Assembly: GCA_047495785.1 (NCBI GenBank)
Contig: JBLDXI010000003.1
Span: forward strand, 3,782,001 to 3,846,000
From: Lepidodermella squamata
Taxonomy: Eukaryota; Animalia; Gastrotricha
Length of the DNA stretch: 64,000 bases
Direction of reading: 5' to 3'
The translations under genes were made by a program, and so were the position numbers. Positions 37,392 to 47,800 of this stretch are shown here, piece by piece (within the stretch, counting starts at the first letter, position 1; every line of letters begins with the position of its first letter). The notes under the pieces were generated by a model. It was not told the origin of the DNA. It saw only the letters and a list, made by a program, of their open reading frames with translations, and made no database searches.

Positions 37392-40300
37392 CTAGGCAGA
37401 ATCAAGGTAAACCTTGATGATGAAAGAGTGAACTATAAGGCCAGCGAGAAGACACAAGCTCAAAATGATGAGATCGAAAATTCTGATGAGACCGCCGTTT
37501 CTGACAACAACAGCAGGCAAGCCGGGATTACCTAGCCGATCATCTATCTCACGCCATAATCTTTCGTAACAGCAAGACACAAGCTGATAAACAGTGCAGC
37601 AACTAGCCAACCAGAACATCGAAAATACGTAGTCGACCAGGAGAATTCGCTGGGAGGTTTTAGCGACGTTGCTAGAGACTGTCGATTGCGCGACGCCCAT
37701 CGCCAGCAGAACAGCCATTGAAAATGCGGGGCGGTCAGGGTCAGTTGTCGGGATGGCGAATGAGGCAATTTCGACGATATACAACACAGCGCTTGGAACT
37801 ATTAGGTTGTAAACGAAATACGACGGGTTGCGAACCATTGAGACTACGTAAAATACAGCGCTAGATGTCGTCCCTTTGTAGCTGATAGTCGATATGTTGT
37901 AACCATGCCCGACGAAACTCCATCTGTCCTGATCGTCGTTGTCCTGCAGAGCGAAAATTGGATCGCTAAACGTCATGAATTTCACCCCGTAATTGAGAGA
38001 AAAGACTAATGCACATGTTTGCTTGTCAAACGGGTAGTTATGCAGTTCCATGCTGCAGGAAGCTGTGAACTTTCCCTCTTTCAGCCAAAAAAATTCGACC
38101 GTTCGATTTGGTGATTGATCCGACTTTGAAGTGACAGCGATTAGGTCTTCGCCGAACTCGTCAGAGTATTGCATGTAGACACTGCCATCGCCACCATTTA
38201 CAAATCGGAACGAAGGCGTCCATATTTCCGAAGATTTAGCTACGTACAACTGCTCGTGGGGTCGTTCTGTAAAAATGTCCTCGCTATCGACCGAACAGGT
38301 ATCGACTGTCCACTTAAGTAGGACATTACCAGACACAGAAAACGTTTCCTGGACCACATCAACGTCGAGTAGTTTTTGCAAGCCAAACGCCGGTCGAATG
38401 ACGAGAGGAGACGAGTCTGAAGTCGGGGGAACAGCTCGTACTGGGAGGAAGTCTTTGCACTGATCAGCCAATTCCTTAGCTGTTATGTTGGCGAACGGCA
38501 GCCCTGTTTCGAAGAGCACAGTCAATAGTTGGTCGAAAATTCGTTTCGCTGAACCGCCATAGTTATCAACAGTCTTGGCGAAAGCTGGCACATCTTGAAA
38601 CAATCATTCAATTAACATAAATAATAAATAATGACGAGACGATGAACTCTCACCAAGTTTATCAGTGCTGAAAAGCATGACATCTTTCTGTACAACCGTT
38701 GCAGGTTCGACGGTCGAAGTAGAGGCAGTGGAGGCAGTTGAATACTGCAAATGATAATAATCAGGATTAATGAAATATGGCTGACAAATATGATTTATTG
38801 TAGAATTGGTGATTTACTTCCTCTAGTGCAAGAGTTGAGCTTGTATGAGCAAGTTGAGTTAATGTCAGTGTGGAGGTGATTGTCTTTGGCGATGGCGTTA
38901 TGCTTGCTGACGATGATGGACTGGAAGTCGAGCCTCGGGTTGATGTTATTGCAGTAGAAGTAGTGCCTGCTGAAACCGTAGAAGTTGGAAGCGAAGTAGA
39001 GGCCGTAGTTGTTGTTGTGGCGTTTGATGGCATGGCGCAGTCATAGAAACTCACTGAGCGTACTTCGGTGGTTAGTGGGTTTGATGTATTTTCAGTTTTT
39101 CGGTTGGTTGCAGTAATTCCGAGGGAGTAATTGCCGGCTCCAATGAGGCTCTTCAGTGAAGCGCTCATATTTATATTTCTCATAAAGTTTACACAATATG
39201 TGTTGTCGAAATTGCAAGCGTTTATCGACAGCGATTGGTTCGTAATTCGCACTTGCCAAGTCGATCTGCCCATAATAAATGAACTGATAACAAGCTGAGT
39301 CATGTAACGCGGCGAACACCAATCTAGCGGGTTGGCACCGGTGCATCCTTCGTACCAGTATTTGCCCGCACCTGGAGAAGTGTAGATAGCCCCCATTATA
39401 CCATGGTGTAGGTAAGGTTGGAAAAATAGGATTAGACCTGAAAGATGCCAGAGTAATTTTTGAAAAAGAATGAGTGTAGATCTGGCTATACCTGTGCGCT
39501 TATCCATGGCGGTGCCGAAGTCGTATTTTATGACAGAGTTATTATAGATGGGATGAGTTCCGTTGGGCGGCCGTACTATTCCATCCTGATTAGATACGGC
39601 GAGCTGGAAGCCATATGGCCAAATAGATGATGCATTTCCAACGTAATTTGTACAATTTCCTTGCAGTTCCATGCTGAATTCGACGTAAATGTCTGTACCT
39701 GCCGTCAGTGGCTATAACTAGAATGATTTAACGCAGGTGCAATACTTGAATACTTACCGTTTGCGCCCACATCGCACTATTTTGACCTTGTACAGAAGAA
39801 AGAAGCCGAACGTTGCCCGGAGTCACTCCAGTGCTGTTCAAATTGGACGGAGGATAGTAGTCCCATCGCGACAGATCTGCTGGCGAGGTGTATGACCACT
39901 CTTGGCGAAATGTTCCAGTCGGACAAGACAGCTCCGTGGGACTGACAGGCGAAGGCACTGGCACTGTTCCACAATCCCATGTATCCACCTTAAATATGTC
40001 CAAGTTGACGTAGCTCCCTATAGGATGTGCGGCGATCACCCCGAGCGACATTTGCGCCGATGCAAACGAGGTCTGAAGCGACTCACCCAAGTCAATGTTC
40101 GACAAGGTTGTCATACAGTTTGTCGAGTTAAATATACAGAAGTCAACCGTGAAATAGCGCTGTTGAACGCGCAGTTTCAAGGTCGCTTTTGTTTTCAGGT
40201 ACGTATCAATAAACGATTGAGACGTGCTGGAGCAAAAACTGGCTTGTGTGCTTGTGGGCTTGCAGTTATCAATCCACTTTGTGGCGTTTGGCTCCTGTGT

Positions 40301-40893
40301 AATAATATTGGCCCTGATATATTTGGCGCTGCTCACAGTGTCCACGGCCGCCGTGAAACCTAATTCGGAAATGCTAGTAAAATATTCATATCAAAACATT
40401 GTCTGCACAAACCGATATGATCATCCCTCGAGACGCCGTATTCCTTTCTGACGTCAGAGTTACTCAATTCGCCGCTAGGAGTTCGAACAATACCATTCTG
40501 ATTTGACAAAATTATCGCGAAGCCAGAAGGACTGTTTGAGCCTTGAGTCAAATTTGTCATCGAAAAGGTCAACTCGATGTAGAAGTCGTCCAGCTTGAAA
40601 GGCTTTGGAAAGGGTATGAAAAAATCATTTGATAAGTACCTAAAATCTGAATTTCATACCGCTCTTGCCCACATGGCGCCGTTTTGATTTTCTACCTCAG
40701 ACACGAGCCTTACGGCATCAGCTGGTTTAGATGTAGTCACCAAACCAATGGGCGGATAATACTCCCAAGCAGTTGGTAAGTCTGAAGGCCCTTGGAATGA
40801 TAACTCTGGTTGGTATTGGCCGGTATTCGAGCATGCCAAAACCACGTTTTGGTCGATCATGACCAGTGCAAAGAGGAAAATTATTGTCTGCAT
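37392..40893 (-). CDS. Tandem L-type-lectin / mucin stalk / Cys-loop ligand-gated ion channel fusion, copy A (1052 aa); exons 40893-40660, 40602-40413, 40359-39758, 39711-39492, 39437-38818, 38744-38654, 38593-37392
   Basis: Signal peptide; two domains with VRLxS..xQNxAxW..P, F.(I/V)E..F, GF...(L/V)SN and AVDT-type motifs; Ser/Thr stalk; IWTPSFRFVN, Cys loop CSMELHNYPFDKQTC, and four TMs. All six junctions are GT-AG and phase-consistent (3159 nt). Confidence 0.8.
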
Positions 40894-41387
40894 TTTTTTA
40901 GAGGTTCAGATTCCGCAAAAAGTCATTTGCGAATATTTTTTTCAAATAGGTAGCGGAGCCTGCACGTCAATCCGATGTTATCAATAATTCATGGTCAGCC
41001 TGAAACCTGAAACTTAAGGGATGTAAACTCTGCAGTTTTGCAAAATAGAAGATGCAACGAATAGCTTTTTACAAGTGAGAAGTTCATTTAATGGTCTAAT
41101 GGCGGAAACCTTTATCCATGAATAATTCATGAATATAAAACGAGATGCGCAGTTCGAAGGCAAGAACATGCGGATCAACAGGCTTAAATAGGCTTATTAG
41201 CTAGGGTCGAATCTGGTGCAAATCCAGGGAATGAATCTTTTAGGCCGAAATTATAGGCCATAATATCATCAGAATTGAGGCAGTGGCTAAGCCAGTGATG
41301 TTCAGCATGTTTTTATTGCATTAAGAAAACTTCAGGCTTGAATAAAAGTATGTGAATACATCGTTTTTCCCGCAATCTCGCATCTCC

Positions 41388-42380
41388 TTAAACACGGGAA
41401 CAAACTTCGTTAACGTAGTCAGTGCTTCGGCTGTTCAAGTTTTGAATAAGCCATTTGCCGTTGCTCCACGTTATGTAATTGCAGATGCCTCCTGACGGGC
41501 AGCTCGCTCCGTTGTAACGTTTCATCGTTATCGCGTCCAAAATCGTCCGACTCGTACCCTCGGCAAACACACATTTGCCATTCGGAGTTGTATACTTGGG
41601 AATTGGAGTGCTGCCTGCCTTGGCCTTTTCACCAGCCAAATATGTAGCCGCTGCAGTGCGAATTTCCCGCAGACGGCGAACGCCCTCGGCTAGTCCATCT
41701 TTCCAGTTCCACATCTGGTTACAAGTCGGCCGCGGATTTGTCAGCTGCAGCATACCGTAGCCATTGTCGCAAGTGACGAAAGGACAGCCGGTGGAAGGGC
41801 TGATGTGGCGGATGGATGGACTCTCTTGTCTGAGGACGTATTCCGCATACCACATATCCCCAGCAATTCGATTTACCTCGGCAAAAACTGCTGACTGAGT
41901 CGGGTTGGTTGCGCGAATGCTGATTGTTGCAACCAGTGCGTTCTTCACAGAGCCGGCGGAATAGCTAAGCGTTGCCTGGCCTCCTCTGAAAATACTTTGA
42001 CCCCGCAGTGCTTGCGTGATGTCCCACAATGAGCCAGTCCCAGTTAGGATCACATCCGGGCAACCTTCAATCTCATTCGTTGCCGTGCAAGAATTCCCAG
42101 ACCAGGCGCCGCATGGAGATTGAGAGCAAACGCGGGTTTTGCAGGATCCAGTACCACTGCCGGCCGTTATTTTGAATTGCCATGAAACGGCGAGATTCAA
42201 AGTGCTGCAATTGGCGAGAAGATCTGGCAACTGAGGATCCGCGGTGATGTAAACTGTGGCGCCATTGGCTATAACTGCTCCGCCTCTACCTGCTTGTAGT
42301 CGACATTCATTAGCTGCTAATGCCAAGTTTTGGCTGTAAAGCATCACCAGCACCAGAGAATACAACATGGTTGAGCCCAT
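41388..42380 (-). CDS. Secreted, intronless lysozyme-like (lytic transglycosylase/SLT-fold) protein of bacterial type
   Basis: Signal peptide; VLRQES (putative catalytic Glu-Ser), GYGMLQLT (GLMQ-like motif), QMWNWKDGLAEG, KRYNG and YVNEV in the order typical of SLT/GH23-like domains. Confidence 0.65.
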   Translation of the reverse strand: MGSTMLYSLVLVMLYSQNLALAANECRLQAGRGGAVIANGATVYITADPQLPDLLANCSTLNLAVSWQFKITAGSGTGSCKTRVCSQSPCGAWSGNSCTATNEIEGCPDVILTGTGSLWDITQALRGQSIFRGGQATLSYSAGSVKNALVATISIRATNPTQSAVFAEVNRIAGDMWYAEYVLRQESPSIRHISPSTGCPFVTCDNGYGMLQLTNPRPTCNQMWNWKDGLAEGVRRLREIRTAAATYLAGEKAKAGSTPIPKYTTPNGKCVFAEGTSRTILDAITMKRYNGASCPSGGICNYITWSNGKWLIQNLNSRSTDYVNEVCSRV

Positions 42381-42619
42381 TAGTCGAAGTTTGAAAAGTT
42401 TGACGTGTGTGCAATTGAAGCGAGAGAAAACGGAGTATTTATTCTGCGTGCGATCAGATAAAACGCTGGCTTCCTATCCACACAAACTTCTAGATTAGTT
42501 CAACTTGTCTGACAATGCATTTAACGTTTCACTGACACGTTTGTGTCATAGGATCGGCAAGGTGGTTAGAAAAACGAGCACATCAGCGATTAATTTTCGA
42601 GCGGCTGCTTTTCTAGTTT

Positions 42620-42678
42620 GAGTAATATAAGTAATAATAAGTAATAAGTAATAAGTAATAATAAGTTTGAGTAATAAG
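42620..42678. repeat. (GTAATAA)n-type microsatellite
   Basis: Directly visible tandem AGTAATA/GTAATAA units. Confidence 0.7.
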
Positions 42679-43627
42679 ATAACTCGAGCGCAATTCCTTC
42701 TACCAGCAGCCCTCAGCCACCATTTTTGTGAAAAGTTATAATTGTTTTCTTTTATTCGTCATCGGGCAGAATTACGATTATTTTCCAGCAAAAATTGTTT
42801 TTTTTTGTTCTATATAACATTTTTAGAAGTTCTGAAGAGTAATCGCAGGCTCACTAATTTTTCAAAATGTGGTTCCGCTGCATCAAATTAGGTTCCGCTC
42901 ACCGTAAATTTGGTTCAGGCAAAAGGAGGATCCTTTGTATTCTTATCCTAATGTCATTTTTTTCTCTATGCCTAATGTATCTCTCATATAGGTAGATAAA
43001 GAAATTAAAATAAACTGGCACTTTGATCATACTTTATAATCTTCTTTTTCAATTGAATAGAAAATGTCTGAGACAAGATTCACAAATTCACACATCAAGT
43101 CGCAAATTCACCGAGAAAAAGAAGCTTTATGCCTTCCACCTTTCACGGCACGAAAAAATTCAGCGTATAACTGATGCTGCGACTGACTGACTGAAGACTG
43201 AGGCAACAAGGCTTTCCTCAAGTAAAGGGCCTGTATATTTTTCTAGCACTCGTGAAACACCAAACGGATTCCGAAAACACCAACAGATTAGTGTCCGAAA
43301 CTAGGCCAAGGATGAGTCGGATCAGAAATTTGATGTCAAAACTAGATTCTGCTGGGTCGAAAACTCTTCATCGGAGCGGTCTTCGGTTGCGCTGAATTCA
43401 TCGGGCAGAAGGCTGAATTTTCTGACTGGAGATCGAACTTCTTGGCGATAATGTTGATGTAGCGAATGATTGCCGCCGGATCGTCATCAGAAGGCATTGG
43501 CTCGTTGGCTAACCTGGCTATCGCAGCGATGTCCTAGCCCCGTTGCGCCTTGGTCCAAGGAGGACGATTTTCGCCCTGGTCGGCTCTGCAGGCTCGTTCG
43601 GTCACGTCGCGCGATTTTCGAAGGTGC

Positions 43628-43933
43628 CATTGTGTTTGAGGTTGTAAGTTGAAAAAAATCTGCACGCTGATTGGTCAGTTGGCTCGTATCCATGACTCCG
43701 CCTTGCTACTTGATCGTGCGATCCATAAAATGTTTGCAAAAAAATATCTTTTTATGAATGGTTTTACGCATTTGTTGGAAACGCGTGCTACGATACGGCC
43801 TTCATAAAAATAATAAAAGCCACAAATTATATATGTAGATCGCACGATCAAGTAGCAAGGCGGAGTCATGGATACGAGCCAACTGACCAATCAGCGTGCA
43901 GATTTTTTTCAACTTACAACCTCAAACACAATG
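43628..43933. mobile_element. 306-bp MITE with about 95-bp TIRs and 3-bp TSD (TGC), CMC/CACTA-like
   Basis: CATTGTGTTTGAGG...GATC (43628-43723) is the reverse complement of 43838-43933. TGC flanks both ends (43625-27, 43934-36). Confidence 0.85.
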
Positions 43934-43974
43934 TGCAGAATAAGCGGGTACACGGAAGGCTGGTTTATGGTTTA

Positions 43975-44330
43975 TGCCCAAGGCAATTTTTTCAACGACA
44001 TACAGAACATCGTTCGGTAATATCAGGTTGTAAACGAAATGCGACGGGTTGCGAACAATTGAGACTCCGTAAAATACAGTGCTTGACTTGGTTCCTCTGG
44101 AAATCAGTGTTGAGACGTTAACACCATGCCCATCGAAACCCCATCTATCCTGATCTTCAGTTTCCTGCAGAGCGAAAATTGGATCACTGAACGCTATCAT
44201 CCCTTTTCCAAGGTTGAACGAAAGGGCTAACGTAGACGTTTGCATGTCAAATGGGTAATTATGCAGTTCCATGCTGCATAGGCAACTGTGAACTTAAAGT
44301 AGAAAAATTGCACTGTTCGATTGGGTGACT
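43975..44330 (-). pseudogene. Third, fragmentary Cys-loop channel copy (Cys-loop to M1)
   Basis: MELHNYPFDMQTSTL...RNPSHFVYNLILP; the second Cys-loop Cys is lost and both ends are truncated. Confidence 0.8.
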
Positions 44331-44339
44331 CTTCTGATC

Positions 44340-44532
44340 TGGGCCTTCTACGCCACTGGAGTCCTCGAAGGCCGTCTCCAGCTGAAGTAAGGTAACTTGG
44401 TGTCGCTTTCCTAGCAGAACCTAATGGACTGCTCTTTCTCGTAAGGCAACAATGCCTGCAGATTCAAGCTTGATCAATGTGATAATTTACAAGAAATTGT
44501 TGGCTATTTTGGGGACGCGTTCATTCAATAAA
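44340..44532 (+). pseudogene. Cathepsin L pseudogene remnant
   Basis: Aligns to 36059-36178 (WAF.ATG.LEGR...SLS.QNLMDCS) with in-frame TAA/TAG stops, then jumps to sequence like the 3' UTR at about 36690 (AATGTGATAATTTAC...GGCTAT...AATAAA). Confidence 0.8.
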
Positions 44533-44804
44533 ATAATATCGCCTCTAAATTCTAAATATCCGAGTACTTCCCTCATTTTCTAGGTTCAATTAGGATATAC
44601 AGGTATAATAAGGGCGAAAGAAGCACAATTTAGAGCCACATATCCATTATCATTATTCTACGGAGCTAGAGATACAACTCGAAACTGACATCTACACGTT
44701 TAAGGCTACTTCTCACGGTTTAAGGGGGTGAAATTGCAAAGCTGAGAGTTCACTTAGACTGCGAATACGGCTTCCTCGTATTCGAATTGCAGTTTTGCCT
44801 TCAT

Positions 44805-47800
44805 CTACCACTCTGATTCATGATAAACGTCAATGATGATTGCGTGAACTGCAATGCCAGCGAGAAGACACAAGCCCAAAATGATGAGATCGAAAATTCT
44901 GACGAGACCACCGTTTCTGACGAAAAAATTGGGCATGCCCGGATAACCTAAATTGTCATCCATCTGACGCCAGAGTCTTTCGTAACAGCAAGCCACAAGC
45001 TGGTAAACAGTGCAGCAACTAGCCAACCCGAACATCGAAAATACGTAGTCGACTAGGAGAATTCGCTGGGAGGTTTTGGCGACGTTGCTAGAGACTGTCG
45101 ATTGCGCGACGCCCATCGCCAGCAGAACAGCCATTGAAAACGCGGGGCGGTCAGGGTCAGTTGCCGGGATAGCAAATGAGGCCATTTCAACGATAAATAG
45201 TACAGCGTTAGGTACTATCAGGTTGTAAACGAAATACGACGGGTTACGAACCATTGAGACTACGTAAAATACAGCGCTAGATTTCGTTCCTTTGTAGCTG
45301 ATTGTCGATATGTTGTAGCCATCCCCCACGAAATTCCACCTGTCCTGGTCTTCGTTGCCCTGCAGAGCGAATATAGGATCAATAAACGCCATGAATTCCT
45401 TCCCGTAATTGAGAGAAAAAGCTAATGAACATGTTTGCTTGTCAAATGGGTAGTTGTGAAGTTCCATTCTACAGGCTGCAGTAAACCTCCCCTCCTTCAG
45501 CCAGAAAAATTGCAGCGTACGATTTGGTGATTGAACAAACTTTGAAGTGACAGCGATCAGGTCTTCGCCGAACTCATCAGAGTATTGCATGTAGACACTG
45601 CCCTCGGCGCTATTAACAAATCGGAACGGAGGCGTCCATATTTCGGATGATTTAGCAACGTACAACTGCTCGTACGGCCGTTCCGTGAAAATATCCACAC
45701 TGTCAGCAGGGCAGGTATCGACTGTCCACGTAAGTAGGACAGTCCCAGACACAGAAAACGTTTCTTGAACAACATCAACATCGAGTAGTTTTTGCAAGCC
45801 AAAAGCTGGTCGAATTGCGAGAGGTGATGCGTCTGAAGTCGGCGGAACAGCTCGTACTGGGAGGAAGTCTTTGCATTCATCAGCCAACTGTTTTGCTGTC
45901 ATGTTTGCGAACGGCAGCCCTTTCTCGACGAGCATAGTCATTAGCTGGTCGAAAATTTGTCTCGCTGAACCGCCAATGTCATCAACCGACTTGGCGAAAG
46001 CTGTCACATCTTTTAACAATAACTCAGTGAACATAAATGACAAAGAGACGCTGAATAAATTCACCAAGTTTTTTCGAGCTGGACAGCATGGCATTGTTTT
46101 TTTGAACTGTTGCAGGTTCTTCGACGGTTAAAGTAGAGACAATAGAGGTAGTTGATACCTGCAAAATGGTAAAATAATCAGGATCCAGGATAAATAAGAT
46201 ATATGGGGAATGAGGGATTTATAAGTATACTTCTTGTGCAAGGGTTGAGCGCCTAATGCCTGGCCTAGTCGTAGATGTTAATAGCGAAGTTGAACCATCA
46301 GCAGTTGTTGTTGTGGCGTTTGATGGCATGGCGCAATCGTAAAAACGTACAGAGCGTACTTCCGTGCTAATTGGGTTTTCAATATCAGTGGGACGGTTGC
46401 TGGCGGTAATTCCGAGGTAGTAATTCCCAGCTCCAGTGAAGGTCTTGAGCGAAGCGCTCATGCTCACGTTTCGAAGAAAGTCGACACAGTAGGTCATATC
46501 AAAATTGCAAGCATTGATCGACAGAGATTGATTCGTAATACGCACTTGCCAAGTCGACCTACCCATGATGTATGAGCTGAGAACAAGTTGGCTCATAGCA
46601 CGCGGCGAGCACCAGTCTTGCGAAGGGGTACCTGTGCAACCGCTTTTCGACCATTTGCTAGCATCTGGCGAAGTGTAGATTGCTCCCATTATACCATTGT
46701 GTTGGTAAGGTTTGAAATACTGGGTTAGACCTGAAATGTAGGAGAATAAATTTAAAAAAAAGAATGATCCGGCTATACCAGTATGCTGACTCCTTGCAAC
46801 GCCGAAGTCGTAATTTAATGAAGAATTATAATAGCTAGGATGAGTTCCTCCGGATGGCCGTACGATTCCGTTCTCATTAGATACGACAAACTGGAAACCA
46901 AGTGGCCAATAGGATAGGACCGTTCCAACGTAATTAGTACAATTTCCTTGCAGATCCATGCTGAATTCGACGAAAATATCTGTACCTGCCGTCAATGCCT
47001 ATCAGAAGTCCGTCAATGCTTTATCAGAGGTGCAAAACTTGAAAATTTACGGTTTTTGCCCACATAGCACCATTTTGACCAGTCGCGGACGAAAGTAGCC
47101 GAACATTGCCCGGAGTCACTCCAGTGCTGTTCAAATTGGACGGAGGATAGTAGTCCCATCGCGACAGATCTGCTGGCGAGGTGTATGACCACTCTTGGCG
47201 AAATGTTCCAGTCGGACAAGACAGCTCCGTAGGACTGACAGGCGAAGGCACTGGCACTGTTCCACAATCCCATGTATCCACCTTAAATATGTCCAAGTTG
47301 ACGTAGCTCCCTATAGGATGTGCGGCGATCACCCCGAGCGACATTTGCGCCGATGCAAACGAGGTCTGAAGCGACTCACCCAAGTCAATGTTCGACAAGG
47401 TTGTCATACAGTTTGTCGAGTTAAATATACAGAAGTCAACCGTGAAATAGCGCTGTTGAACGCGCAGTTTCAAGGTCGCTTTTGTTTTCAGGTACGTGTC
47501 AATAAACAATTGCGACGTGTTGGAGCAAAAACTGGCTTGTGTCGGGGGCTTGCACTAGAAAAAATAACCGTGTAATTAACGCGCGCTTCTTGTGGTATTT
47601 AACTGTTTCAGCGTTATTTAACGTTATTTAGTTGGCGTGTTGCGTATGAGCACTTGAGGTAGTTATATAAATGGGTGGCGGTAGTTCAACTTTTCGTTAG
47701 CTAACGCACGGAGCCCGGTTAACTAACGCGCGGCAAAAGAGCGTTATATACACGCACCCGCACATCCAGGTGTGTCGCAGTAATGTTGTTAGTTAACGTG

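Noticed and set aside
39902-40363. Conserved plus-strand ORF repeated at 47195-47575
   Set aside because: It is the antisense shadow of the lectin exon, conserved only because of the near-identical conversion tract.
43260-43627. GC-richer, coding-like minus-strand stretch (…IARLANEPMPSDDDPAAIIRYINIIAKKFD…)
   Set aside because: It contains in-frame stops, is cut by the MITE, and I cannot assign a family.
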